From the NCBI RefSeq assembly GCF_006345805.1, contig NC_043001.1, positions 108,686,001-108,750,000 of the forward strand: a stretch of DNA of 64,000 nucleotides, written 5' to 3'. This stretch comes from Octopus sinensis (Eukaryota). Numbering within the stretch: position 1 is the stretch's first letter; the number at the start of each line of letters is the position of its first letter. The notes beneath the pieces were generated by a model that saw only the letters and a list, made by a program, of their open reading frames with translations, did no database searches and was not told the origin of the DNA. The position numbers and the translations under genes are program-made. Shown in pieces: positions 25,992 to 38,800 of this stretch.

Positions 25992-28400
25992 CTCGCTCTT
26001 CTCAAGTCCACAAACTTACAGACACCACAACCAATATCAGCAAAATGGAAAGTCGGTCTGGCGAGATTGTTGAATTGCTAGAGCAAAGGGATGTAGATAT
26101 GTGCAAGAGAGGTACAAGGGAGGAGAGCCTCAGCTAGACTGCTCATGAGCAAGGAACATAGAAGATATAAGTTCTTCTGAGTTCGCAGCATAGGTATACT
26201 TTTGGAAGAAAAATGGATTGATAAGATGATCAATGCAGTCAGAGTATGTGATAAGATTGTTAAACTAAGATTAGTCTTAACCCTTTAGTGTTCAGATTAC
26301 TCTGTTAAATGTAATGCTTTTTTATTTAAATTGTTTTGAATTAATCATGCATTACCTTATAGCTTTGAGGTTTCAATGATGTGATTGTTTATTTTTAGAA
26401 TGCCAATGTAGGTTAGGTGTGAGAGGCTAGATATGGCCAGTTTGAATATAAAATATGTTGAATATATTGGGCCGGATTTGGCCAGTTTAAACACTAAAGG
26501 GTTAAATAATACAGCAGTGACATTTATTTCAGAAATATAAAACATCAGTGGTGCTTCTCCCTGGCACAATCTCAAACTGCATCTCATCTAAACTAACTCT
26601 CTCCCTAATTAGTTGGGCTGTGACCCTCTCCATGACTTTCATCACTTGATCCAACTGTTTGATACCTCTGTAATTATTTCTATCTAAGGCGTCACCTCTA
26701 CCTTTGTAGCAGTTGACTATAGTCAGCTACACAAGTCATAGGGTATGTCTCCTTTGTGTATCACCTGGTTAATTATACAGGTAACTAGACCACAGCCTAC
26801 ACCACCAGATACTTTAAGCATCTCGGAGGTGATTCCTCATAGGTTGGGGACTGTCTCTGTCTTCATAGCCTTAATTGCCTTATCTACCAAGGTACTGTCA
26901 ATTTGAATAGCTGGTCCCTCAGTTGGATCAACATTTGGTAGGCTCTCTTTCTCCCATTCATTAATCAGCAATCAATCTGGTGGACACGCAAGCCAAATTG
27001 ATTACAATCTCACCAGAAAACAGAATAGGCAGGTGCTTGAGAATGCAAAGTCCTTCCCTGGTGAAGAATGTACAACTCAACATTGGTTAGTAGTTAGTAA
27101 CTTCAGACCTAAGGACTCAGACACAACCAGTTTCAAAAAGGAAGAGATGAAGGCTTAAAGATCCCTTAAATAGTTAGAAATTCAGAGAAATACAAGTTGA
27201 AGTACTGGATGATGGAAAAGGAGATCCTGTCATATAGCATAGAGGACAACTAGAAGACTTTTTAAGAGACAACCTGCTGAGAGCTACAGCCCAAATCTGT
27301 GGCCACGGCAAAGTTACAGCTCAACTCAGGATGACATGGTGGTGGGACAGTGCAGTAGAAAGGGCCATCAAAACAAAAAGAGAGTCTTCAAAAGACTGGG
27401 AAAATGGAGTCAGCAATGAATTATGTCAGGTAGTTAGGAGGGAAGCTAGGTAACAGGGTTATTTAGCAAGTGTGAAAAGCAGAAAGGTAGAGGTTTACCA
27501 ATGTCTTACAGCATGAGGACTAGAGGACTGAGGTGTTCCAGATTACAAGACATTGTATCAGAGAGAATTGAGATTTCGAAAGAAGTGTGTATGGATGGAT
27601 AATGGTATGGTGGCATTTAGTGATTCTGAAAAGAAAGAGACAATGAAGTTGTAGTGATGCCATCCTGTATGCATGAGCAGTGTTGGATTCTTCTGGGAGG
27701 CCTGCCGGAAGTTCCCTCATGCGCATGCACAGAAAACTAGCAGCAGCAAAATTTCCCTCGTATCGGTCTCTCGAACGCGTTTTAGCAGCTCTCTCAAGCT
27801 GCACCTCGTGGCGTTGCTACGCTATGCTAGAACGGATAGGATTTGGCTCACTCCACTTGACTACTTGGACGAGCTCCTAGGCTGCCGATTTGCCCAGAAG
27901 AATATATTTATATTGCGAATCCAGAAAATAAAATATTTATGCCGTTGAAGTTATTCGGAAGTCTTGACTCTTTCCTTTGATTAATATTTTAATGTAAAGG
28001 ATGAGAGCTGCACCCATCCAGTGTTACAGACCTTACGTCCTGTTACAAAGTGCTACTACATAAAGTTATGAAATGTGGAGAGTGCATGAGAGAAAAAGAC
28101 TCTTCCAAATGTGAATCCAACAGAGGGACCAGTTATCCTAGTTGAGAGCAGCAGGATAGATAAGGCAATTAAGGATATGAAGTTAGGGAAAGCCCCTGGT
28201 TCATCAGGAATTACCACTGAGATGCTTCAAATATCTGGCATAGGAGGATACAACTTAGCCAGCTGTATATTTGTTCAGGTTATACAAGAAGGTGCCAAGT
28301 CCAATAACTGGTTTAGCAGCATTATGGTTTGCTGTTACAAGGAGATGCCTTAAATAGAATTATAGAAATATCAAATTACTGGAGCAAGACATGAAATTAT
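25990..28400 (+). mobile_element. Degraded RTE-clade LINE (endonuclease to RT start) with nested insertions
   Basis: RSGEIVELLEQRDVDMC (APE start) and EGPVILVESSRIDKAIKDMKLGKAPGSSGITTEML (RTE pre-RT). An inverted RT fragment lies at ~26520-26960. Confidence 0.8.
26277..26505. mobile_element. piggyBac-like MITE, second family (related copies ~5056-5570 and 14884-15284 with nested RTE tails)
   Basis: TTAACCCTTTAG ... CTAAAGGGTTAA termini. Confidence 0.75.
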
Positions 28401-31080
28401 AACCAATGCCGTCATCATTTGATATCAGTTTTCCATGCTGTCATAGAGGTTTGACAAGTCATCACTACCGGAGTCAATCCTTATTCAGATTTACTGATTG
28501 GTTTGAAGGTCACACAATTTCTTATACATTTCATTTTGGGCTGGTTTCTACAGCTGGATGCCCTTCCTATTGCCAACCACTTTACAGAATACACTAACTG
28601 CCTATTCTCATGGCACCAACACTAAAGAAGTTGTCATGTCCTCAATATTCCCATACATAGATAGTTTTCCATGCTTACAATGGTTGACAGATAGTTATCA
28701 GGTGCGGTCCCAAGAATTTTTCGAAAGAAGGGCACAAGGTCAAAATGGAATCCATTTCCAGGAGAAAAGGGCCAAATAACATTATTCAAAAGGGCGCACA
28801 TCTTTTCTGGAGGCGGGGGCACGTGCCCCTCAGCACCCTCTCTTTAAGCCCACCCCTGATTATAACTGGTGACATACTTTTTTCAAAGGCGGTGGGGGTT
28901 CATTCTATCAGTCACTATTCAAATTACACGAGAGAAAATAGCACAGCATTTATCACTGTCTTGTTTCGGGTTGTTTTAAGAAAACATTATTCATTTAACT
29001 TGTCGATCTCTCGACATTGGTCTGAAGAGTGTCGGTATGTGGAGACACGTCATTCACTTTATTTTCTGCCTGGCCTCTTCATCTGTCTTTTGGGAAGGTT
29101 GTATGGATGAACGACAGCGTGTACCAATACCGAAGGACTGCCTTTAACTTTATTACAGAATAGATATAGAACCAGAAAGACGAGAGAAACCAAGAACACG
29201 TATGAATGACAGAAGACGATTAAAAAGAGAGATGAAAGAGAGAGAGAGAAGGAGAGAGAGAGAGGGCAAGACTAAAAGAGAAAGTTTTAAAAAATGGACA
29301 GAGTGAGAAAAACACTGATCGAATGGATGAATATTAAACAGATCAATAAATAGATGTGTAATAAATGAGCAGATCAAAAGAAAATAAGGGATAAATATTT
29401 AAATAAAATCGAAGAGATCCAAAGAGCAGGAAAGGGAAAGAAAGTTAGAGAAACGAGGTAAAGAGACGGATAAACAAAGATAAAAAGATAAACAACAATA
29501 AATAGACTGCATGGAAACTAATTTCAGTTCAACAGTTTCAAAACAGAAAACAAGCCAACGGGGAGGGCTCTGCGTGGTGCTCGACCTACTAGAAATAGAT
29601 GGTAAATCACCTCAAATCCAATAAAACCATAAATAAAACGTCTTTTTTTTTTGTCATTGGACTACGACCCCTGCTGGGACACACCACCTTCGCGTGAGCC
29701 AACCGGGGGACTTCTACGTAGCTATGCGAGCTGCTAGAAACAGCAGTCAAATCTCCCTCTAATCTCATTCTCCCGTTTTAAAAAGGACACTTTGGATAAT
29801 GTGGTCCTTGCGCATAGGAAAACTATGGGGTGGTCATGAATGGAATGGTTTGATTAAACATTGGTCTACTCGATCGGAGTTGACTTGTAAGCTAAACAAC
29901 AAAAACTACCGATTTCTGGTGAGATTTTAGTAAATTTAATGAACGCCAATTTTACCGACCTCAGAAGTAAACGAAAATCCGAGTTGGGTGGATTTGAACT
30001 CGGAACAGAGAAAGAAATACAAGATACTGCATTCAATTCTACCAATTTGGCTATCCATGTGTGTGTGTGCGTGTAACAGAAATACTAAAAAATTACGAAA
30101 ACTAAAGATCGGGTCATAAACGATAATGATTCTAAAACTTCGCTAATTAAAGGTTATAGTAATCAAGACTTTCAATTTCCTACTCGATTGTAGAATGAGT
30201 TTTTTTGGGGGGGGAGATTCGGCTATCTGTTTTAGCAGATCGACCAACTAAATAGAAGCTCCTGGCTTAGCTTATTTCAGTGTTTAGAGAACAGTGATAT
30301 GCTGTGAAATATAATGAAACTACGATAGGAAAAAAAATAGTTGTCAAGTTCTTCCTGTCAGCCATCCATGCTCTTGTAACCGTGTGTTTAACTGTAATAA
30401 TTGAAAATCGGTGTCGGGGACCGAAACAAGCAACTTAATCTAGTTAATCTAGTTTTATTTATTATTGATTATCGAAGTTTTTTTTTTTTTTTTTTTTTAC
30501 TTTTTACTTTGTGCTCTTTTTATTTTCTCTACCGACTATTATAGTATAAATAGTATAAATGAAGAGTTTAGATAAGGATGTTAGTATATATGGGTGTGTG
30601 TGCAATTGTTTGACATTAGATTTCAATTCCTAACAGCTGAAGTATTCAAGTTAACCTCAGACTAATTCGCCTCTGCGATTAATTAAGGATTTGGCTTTAA
30701 AAGGAGCAAGGAGCACGGAACGATCAGAGTGGTAGCATAAAGTTGGAGAAAAGACAAGGGTCAACAGAAAACACCTGATCGTCTTTCGAATCTATTGTTT
30801 GCCCAAAACTCATAAACACACAACGCAAATAAAAACAGTTTATATTTGAGTAAAATTATTATAGATCGACTCCGATCGATGGAACAATAAACACATGTAC
30901 GGTACTCTCACTCTCGCACACATCATATATATATATATACATATACATATTAGAGGGAAACCTCTATGTGGACACCCTTATGCTAGAAATAGATCCGCTA
31001 TGGTCTTACCACTAAGAAATGTTCTCAAGAAAAATTTAGCAAAACAACTAAATCGTAATCGAGCAAGACAAAAGAAAAAG

Positions 31081-31139
<59 letters not shown>

Positions 31140-31301
31140 TAAAGAGAGAAGTGTGTGCGTGAGAGAGGAATTACATTCAACAAACAAGGAATTATTTAAA
31201 GGACAACATATTTCAACACGTTTTAAAATCCACAGTTAAAATTAAAAGGATTAAAGGAGCGTGGATGTAATAAAATGTAATTAAATGTGACTTGGTCTCA
31301 C

Positions 31302-31410
31302 CGTTGTTACATTGTAAGTTGTGAAAGGATCTTTGGAAAAGGAAGGATCAACGAATGTAATAACACCGATAGACACCGGTTACAGATGTGACGTCACGGA
31401 TGGCGGTCAG
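31302..31410 (-). promoter_or_regulatory. Candidate INTS15 promoter and non-coding exon 1
   Basis: Locally CpG-rich unique sequence with CRE palindrome GTGACGTCAC (31388-31397), YY1-like CCGCCATCC (31398-31406, minus) and a donor ACG|GTGAGA at 31302/31301. INTS15 coding exon 1 has an orphan acceptor. Confidence 0.5.
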
Positions 31411-31498
31411 AGCCGAAATTCAGTGCTCTTTAAATATTATTCCGTTTACCTATTTTTCCCGCCTTTCTTAATACGTTGAAATAATGTTTTATTTGAAA

Positions 31499-31629
31499 TA
31501 CAGGGTGTCCACAAAGTTTGGGTACATGGGGATTAACACATACTTTAAGAAATTATTATTTCTTATATTTAATTGTTTATGTTTTGATTTTATTTACTCC
31601 ATGTACCCAGATTTTGTGGACGCCCTGTA
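31499..31629. mobile_element. Tc1/mariner-type MITE with TA target duplication
   Basis: TA-CAGGGTGTCCACAAAGTTTGGGTACATGG ... CCATGTACCCAGATTTTGTGGACGCCCTG-TA. Confidence 0.85.
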
Positions 31630-32026
31630 TAATGCCTTCCTTTTCCCCAGTTTTCTTACGTATTAGTTAATAAAAGGTGACTCGACTAATCCAGTTATTT
31701 TTTTATGTAAAACGAAAAGGGCGAAAGTTAAAGATCAATTAAGAGAATAACTACAACTTGGAGTTTACAATTAATAGGTATTTGAGTCTACGTAAAATGA
31801 AAAAAAAAGACTAGATAAGTTTGCAGTAATAATAGCTGGATTTAAATTTTGGGTGCCATGAGAAGAAAAATCGATGTAAAGCAAAGTTATGAAAACTGGA
31901 AACGTGATAAGAAATTTCCATTCGTATGAAGCTTCACCTGCACAAGAAGTCGCATATTAGAAATAAAAATTAAAAAAAAGGAAAAAACAAGTTAGCGACA
32001 GAGAACGCTCGGGAAGTGAAAAAGTT

Positions 32027-32061
32027 TTCAACGTTTCGAGCCTACGCTCTTCCACAGAAAG
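32027..32061 (-). ncRNA. Hammerhead-like motif, atypical core CUGUGGA
   Basis: CUUU-CUGUGGA-A-GAGC-GUAG-GCUC-GAAAC-GUU-GAAA; same family as 57391-57426. Confidence 0.45.
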
Positions 32062-32294
32062 AAACAAGGAGAGAAAATAAAGAATGTGTAGTGGCTAGCG
32101 ATCTATCATGGCGAATGATAGATCGCTAGCCACTACACTACACATCACTATATATATATATATATAGTTAATCCAAACATGAAAGCACAAAACAAAAATA
32201 TATATAGTTAATCCAAACATGAAAACACAACAACGCGAGGACGTGGAATAAATATAGTATTATTGGACGCTCAGGAAGGAAGGGAAGAAAGAGG

Positions 32295-32329
32295 GTTTAA
32301 CGTTTCGAACGGAGCTCTTCGTCGGAAAC
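32295..32329 (-). ncRNA. Hammerhead-like motif, core CCGACGA
   Basis: GUUU-CCGACGA-A-GAGC-UCC-GUUC-GAAAC-GUU-AAAC; same family as 25610. Confidence 0.5.
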
Positions 32330-32394
32330 ATAGGAGAAGGAAAGATCCAGAGAAAGGAAGACAGAGGAAAAAAATCGCCAACGGTACACACGCG

Positions 32395-32504
<110 letters not shown>

Positions 32505-32927
32505 ATATGTATATATATACAAGATAAGAAAATGGAGAAATACATCTAAATCAAATATCAATTACCAGATAATACTCAATCACATACTTTATTAGACCAC
32601 CACATAAGAGACTGTAGGGTTAAATATAAAAAGCAGAACAAATCAGTGTACATAAAGGAATGTACATAAAAAAGTGTACATAAAAGAGTAATGTTGTATA
32701 ATAAGTAGAATATATTCTACTTATTATACAACATTACTCTTTTAGATGTATTTCTCCATTTTCTTATCTTGTATTAGTAATTTGTGGTAAATCATTTTAC
32801 CTTTGCCCATATAATACAGTAAATGAATTGATTGCATCGCAATCATTAACATTTATGTACTTCACTAGCAGTATATTGGATATATGTTATCCCATGGAGG
32901 GTGGCATTTACAACCCCTATCTCAATT

Positions 32928-33006
<79 letters not shown>

Positions 33007-33204
33007 ATGTTACATTACTCGGTAGTCAAGATAAAACTCTGAGTTTCAGATGCCGAAGTGGAAATCCACAACACCATCTCTTCGGTTATCTGGCTATTTG
33101 AAAACGTTATGAAAAAATACCGTTAAAAATGAAGGGAAATTACCCTGTTATAACTCTGCTTTGCCTGCATACTTATACATCGCTCGCCCCCTTACTCACC
33201 CGAG

Positions 33205-33837
33205 GTGGCCTTCAATATAGGTAAATATTTCCTAGCACTGATAGATAGACATTTTCCAGTTAACCATGCTTATAGGAAACTCTTCAATAGACACAATTTA
33301 AAAATTAGTTTTAGTTCAACTACCAATTTTAAAAACATAATCAATCATAACATACAAAAAACACAAGAAGAAAACAGCTGTTCATGCAGGAATAAAGAAT
33401 TGTGCCCGCTAAATGGAGCTTGCATGTCCAAGACTATCATATATGAAGCTACTGTAAACTCTATAACCACTAAAGACACCGTTTCGACGAAGAAATACGT
33501 GGGCCTGACAGAGGGTAATTTCAAGGCCAGGTTCAATAACCACACTTTGAGCTTTAGGCACTGGAACAAAAGAAAAGCGACACAATTATCCAATCATATT
33601 TGGTCTTTAAGAGATAAAGGTGTCGATTATAACATACAATGGAAGATTTTGGCCAGATGTAAGCCCTATACTAACGGCAGCGGAAGGTGCGGTTTATGCG
33701 ACATGGAGAGATGGCTTATCTGGAAAAGCAGCTTAGACCCTACCACATGTCTAAATACAAGGACAGAGCTTTTCGGATCATGCCCACATGTGACTAAATT
33801 TCTGTTACGTTTTTGGTCCCCTAAAGAAAACGGATAG
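33205..33837 (+). CDS. PLE C-terminal linker plus GIY-YIG endonuclease (element-encoded, N-terminally truncated)
   Basis: PYSPEVAFNIGKYFLALIDRHFP, CSCRNKELCPLNGAC, IIYEATV...YVGLTEGNFKARFNNH, IWSLR...IQWKIL, CGLCDME and LNTRTELFGSCPH follow the PLE endonuclease pattern. Confidence 0.85.
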   Translation: MAFNIGKYFLALIDRHFPVNHAYRKLFNRHNLKISFSSTTNFKNIINHNIQKTQEENSCSCRNKELCPLNGACMSKTIIYEATVNSITTKDTVSTKKYVGLTEGNFKARFNNHTLSFRHWNKRKATQLSNHIWSLRDKGVDYNIQWKILARCKPYTNGSGRCGLCDMERWLIWKSSLDPTTCLNTRTELFGSCPHVTKFLLRFWSPKENG

Positions 33838-34022
33838 AACATGCTTTCTGTGTTATGTCCCAAGAAGATTTTATATATTTTTATATATTTTTATGCATTT
33901 TTATATAATTTTTATGACGAAAAATGCGAGCGATGTATAAGTACGCAGGCAAAGCAGAGTTATAACAGAGTAATTTCCCTTCATTTTTAACGGTATTTTT
34001 TCATAACGTTTTCAAATAGCCA

Positions 34023-34083
34023 GATAACCGAAGAGATGGTGTTGTGGATTTCCACTTCGGCATCTGAAACTCAGAGTTTTATC
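34023..34083 (+). ncRNA. Atypical hammerhead-like motif in the PLE terminal arm (mirror copy at 33030-33090, minus)
   Basis: GAUAA-CCGAAGA-GAUG...CAUC-U-GAAA-CUC-A-GAG-UU-UUAUC: 5-bp stem I, stem II, palindromic stem III; core deviates (U4C, extra U). Confidence 0.45.
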
Positions 34084-34180
34084 TTGACTACCGAGTAATG
34101 TAACATATTGTATAGATAAATTTCCTCTATTTACATAATATTGAGGTCTCTTTCTTTCTTTTGTTATCTTACCGTTTTAT

Positions 34181-34232
<52 letters not shown>

Positions 34233-34639
34233 TGTTAACAAAATTTGGGATGCGTGGCGTTCAGTTATTCCATTAATGAAAATGGATTAAATTCTACAAA
34301 ACGTACACGTAGGACAGACACCAGACTCCTAATCCTTCATCAGTTATCGACCCCAAAATATTAATACCCAGTTTCGACACACACACACACACACACATCT
34401 ATGTATAATTAGTCACTATGAGGATATTTAAACCTTTTATAGGGATAGTTTTATCCAAGTTATACTGGTTTAATATATTTATATTTTGAAGCGATATTTC
34501 TTCAAATGAAATATAAAAATATCAAATATTATTATTAAGTAAGAAAATGGAGAGATTTAATGGATATAAATTAACTTATTAATCAACATTGCCTATAATT
34601 GTTTCAGTTCACACCCGATACAAATTACAAAATATATAA

Positions 34640-34990
34640 TAATAATAAATTCGTTTATTGGCCACAAGGGCTAACAAAAATCAAATAAAACATGTAGGGA
34701 CAAAATACAGGACGAAAGTTACAAAAGGGTTTTCTCCGTTTGAAAAGTCCGTGTAAAAATGCAAGATAACAACGAAAATATAACATATAAGTTTACATTT
34801 TGAAGATTTTGAGTGTAATATCCTCAGGGCAAAGGACATTACGGAGTTTACACGTTGATCAGTTGAAATACTCTGCACATCAATCAAGATGTACAGTTTT
34901 ATGGATTTATTACAATCGAACTTACCAATCGGTTTCGCCCTATATACTAAAACCGGATGCTAGATAACAGCTTGGTTGAGTAATAAGGCA
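34640..34990 (-). mobile_element. LINE 3' end (possibly Tx1/L1-like)
   Basis: Ends TTTTGTTAGCCCTTGTGGCCAATAAA plus (TTA)n on the minus strand; no diagnostic protein motif seen. Confidence 0.45.
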
Positions 34991-35712
34991 CACTCTTCAG
35001 AGAAAACCGTCTTGTTATCTAACATCCGATTTTAGAACATAATGCGAAATCGATTTCAAATATAGTCTGTAATGGAGCTATAATATCGGATATTTTGATT
35101 AATATACCTTCTCGATTGATAAATATACGACTGTGCATCTTTTTTCTAGCATATAAATTCTTAGACGTGTATGTATGTATGTATGTATGTATGTATGTAT
35201 GTATGTACGTATGTACGTATGTATGTATGTATGTGTGTGTGTGTGTATGTATATATGTCTGTATGCATGCATGTATGTATGAGATCAGTCATTATCTCCC
35301 TTGACCAATCTAAACACAAAATTTGTAGTATTTTTTTTTTTCAGTTTAAAAACTCTTAATTTGTTAAGAGTGTATTTACAAGATTATTTTACTGATATTT
35401 ATGTTTATCGAAGTTTCCTCATATATTCGCTTATATCATATAATAATCTGAAAAACCAGTAGTAAACTGAAAAAAACGATTATCTGATTTTAAACGTTTT
35501 TAGTTTATAATAAAGATCTAAAATCAACACGCATGAATTCTTATGTTTTTGTTTCTGTATTTATCATATTTGATTATACGAAGATTTAGAAGTAATTTTC
35601 ACAAACTCAATGTCAATAGATAAATGGTGAAAAAAAACAAAAAAACAAAAAATTCTTTGGATGTTTTTGTTATCAGGAACAAAAATAACATAACACCGGA
35701 AACGACAAAACA

Positions 35713-35883
35713 ATGGCGGGATTAGAATTATTGTCGGATCAAGGATTTCGTGTTGATGGACGAAGACCTCATGAATTACGGAAAATCCAGTGTCGTCTCG
35801 GCGTGTTCGGACAGGCTGATGGTTCAGCTTATTTGGAAATGGGTAACACAAAAGTCTTGGCTGCTGTCTATGGACCTCATGAG
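35713..35883 (+). CDS. EXOSC4: EXOSC4 exon 1 (57 codons)
   Basis: ATG at 35713 in ACAATGG context; donor GAG|GTAAGA. Confidence 0.96.
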
Positions 35884-38800
35884 GTAAGACGGACTCTTTT
35901 TTTTTCAAAACTCACGTGTCAACACCTGAATTAAACAAATATTTAATTTACTTCAGTAATTAAATGTAATACATGTAACTTTACATTAGTATCGAGTTTA
36001 TTAGTTCTGTACTATGCATGGTATCAGTAAAATTAATCTGGCCGCATTAATGATTTGTAGTTTTTACTCGTAAATTCGTGCGGATTAGACATTCCTGACC
36101 ATCGGTGTCCAGAAAGTCGATCTTATGAGATATCTATAACCGTTAGATATAGATATCTCACATAAAGACATAAATATATTTGGAGGATGGTGGTCAATTA
36201 GATCGACCTCAGTATTTTACTGGTATGTATTTTATCGCCGCGGGAGGATAAATAGCTTATTCAACTTCGACCGCATTTTCACCACGCGCACCACTCTTAA
36301 TTATCGAAGCATGAAACATGGCCAGAGTATTTTCTGTTAATAAACTTATCGAATAGCTTTAACCCTTCTGTTACCATATTTATTTTGAGGTGCTCAGTGT
36401 TTCTTTCAATTAATTTTAAATATAACAAAGAATTTAGTAAAATAACTTAGTTGTCATTAAGCTGGAGTTAGGAACATAAATCGTGACTAAGGCTTGGTGG
36501 AAGATTTTAATTCAAAACTTATGAAAACAAGACATTTGTACTCAGAGCCAGAGCCGGTTTCAGCCGTGTTGGTAATGAAAGGGGAAAGATTTTGTTGAAC
36601 GATGCTGTACAAGAATAAGGGGTACTACTTAAATACAGAGGTCCCGATGCATCTGCGTAACGATATGCACTGGTTAGGGTTAGTTTTAAGGTTGGTTAGC
36701 GCTAGGGTTACGTAGATGCGTCGGGACCTCTTTATTTAAGTAGTACCGAATGAGGTTTTCTGTTGAAGTGAAAAGTGAAAACGCCAGGAGAAAGTCCCAG
36801 TGAAAACAAATGCCGAGTCTCACCGTCAGTTACTGTTCTTATTAAAAAATTAAATAACTTCGCTGTGTGGTAAGGAGCTTGCTTACGAACCACATGGTTC
36901 CAGGTTCAGTCCCACTGCGTGGCACCCTGGGCAAGTGTCTTCTACTATAGCCTCGAACCGACCAAAGCCTTGTGAGTGGATTTGTTAGACGGAAACTGAA
37001 AGAAGCCCATTGTATAAAAAAAATAGTGTAATAGGTGTAAAACAACTTACTCTAATCGAATATGACAAAAAAAAAAAAAAATGCGCTCTCGCGAAAGGAG
37101 GGTTGAGGAGAGGACTCCACATCGTGAATTTCCGAAAGCGTCTGACCCGGGCACAAAAACGAAAAAAAAAAAAGCGAGCGTGCATTTTTTTGGTCATATT
37201 CGTTTAGAGCAAGTTGTTTTACACCTATTACACTATTTCTTTTTGTTTTTCTGCCTGGGTCAGACCCTTTAGTTTGACCTATATATATATATGTTTGTGT
37301 TTGTCCCCCAACGTCTCTTGACAGCCGATGCTGGTGTGTTTACGTCCCCGTCACTTAGCGGTTCGGCAAAAGCGACCGATAGAGTAAGTACTAGGCTTAC
37401 AAGGAATAAGTCCTGGGGTCGATTTGCTCGACTAAAGGCGGTGCTCCAGCATGGCCACAGTCAAAGGACTGAAGCAAGTAAAAGAGTGTACTTGGTATGG
37501 AGTTTGCGTCCCAACTACGTGGTTTCAGGTTCAGTCCCATTGTACGATACTTGGCGCAAGTGTCTTCTACTATGGCTCCGGCTTGACCAAAAAGCCCATC
37601 GTATATATGTATACACACACACACACATATATCATCATCGTTTAACTCCTGCTTTCCATGCTGGTACGGGTTGGACGGTTTGACCAAGGTCTAGAAAGAC
37701 AGCGGATGTTAAACGATGATGCTCCACTTGTGTATAAGAGGCATAAGATGCTGTGAGAAAGAGAGAGGAGACTGCACTGGTTTGGTCATGTGATGCGTAT
37801 GGATGAGGACAGTTGAATGAAGAAGTGCCCAGCTCTAATTGCTTTTACGTGCCACTGGCACGGGGGCCAGTCAAGCGGTACTGGCAATGGCCACGCTCAA
37901 GTGGTGTTTTTGATGTGCCACCTGCACAGGAGCCAGTCCAGTGGCACTGGCAACGACTTCACTCGAATGCTTTTCATGTGCCACCGACACAAGTGCCAGT
38001 AAGGTGATGCTGGTAACGATCACGTTTGAATGGTGCTTTTTATGTGCCACTGGCATGGAAGCCAGTCAGCTGCTCTCGCAGCGATCACGCTTGGATGGTG
38101 CTCTTAGTGCTCCACTGGCACGGGTGCCAGTTATCGAATTTGCGAATTTGATTTTAGCTTCATTTCTTTCAAGCCTTCACAACTCCTCTGTAGTCAAAGT
38201 CCATGTTTCACTGCCAGGTAACATAGCTGTGTATACACAAGAATCATACAGTCTGCCTTTCACTTTGAAGTAGAAGCCCTTAGCTACTAACAAGGGTAGA
38301 AGCTCTCTGATTTTCGCCTAGCCTGTTCTTATCTTAGCAACTACACTTTCAGAACTCCCACCCCCATTCCTAACTCAGTCTCCTAGGTAACAGAAGCTAT
38401 CTACTACTTCTAATGATCCACTTGAGCTTTTGAGGGAGCCTATTGTCAGTGTATATTTAGTGTTTGTAATACTTGTTCACTACTATTTGCAATATCAAGT
38501 CAACACATACACTCTCTCTCTCTCTCTCATTTTTTAGCTTTCTTACTTTCCATCTACTGAATTGACACCCAAAGTTTTAGTCTGTCCATAGATATAGCAG
38601 AAGACACTTGTTCAAGGTACCACACAGTGGGCGTGAACCCCAAACCCTATTTTTTGGAAGCAAACTTCGTACCTACACCTGGCAGTCCTGTTCCTAATAA
38701 TGTTTTGTAAATCAAAATCAAAACTAAATCAAATCACAGTCAAATGGAAATTGTAGTCGTGGACGATGCCAGTGCTGCCTGACTGGCTCCCGTGCTGGTG

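Larger units (their letters stand above)
33000..34114 (+). mobile_element. 5'-truncated Penelope-like retroelement (PLE) flanked by inverted terminal arms
   Basis: Arms 33000-33187 and 33926-34114 are reverse complements (2 mismatches seen). The interior encodes a PLE linker and GIY-YIG endonuclease. Confidence 0.88.

Noticed and set aside
25700-26137. ERERER / SLSLSL ORFs, and the many YIYIYI / CVCV ORFs across the window
   Set aside because: Translations of (GA)n, (TA)n and (CA)n microsatellites.
27673-27948. 91-aa ORF as a real gene
   Set aside because: Lies in an insert within a dead LINE, with no splice or homology support; kept only as a finding.
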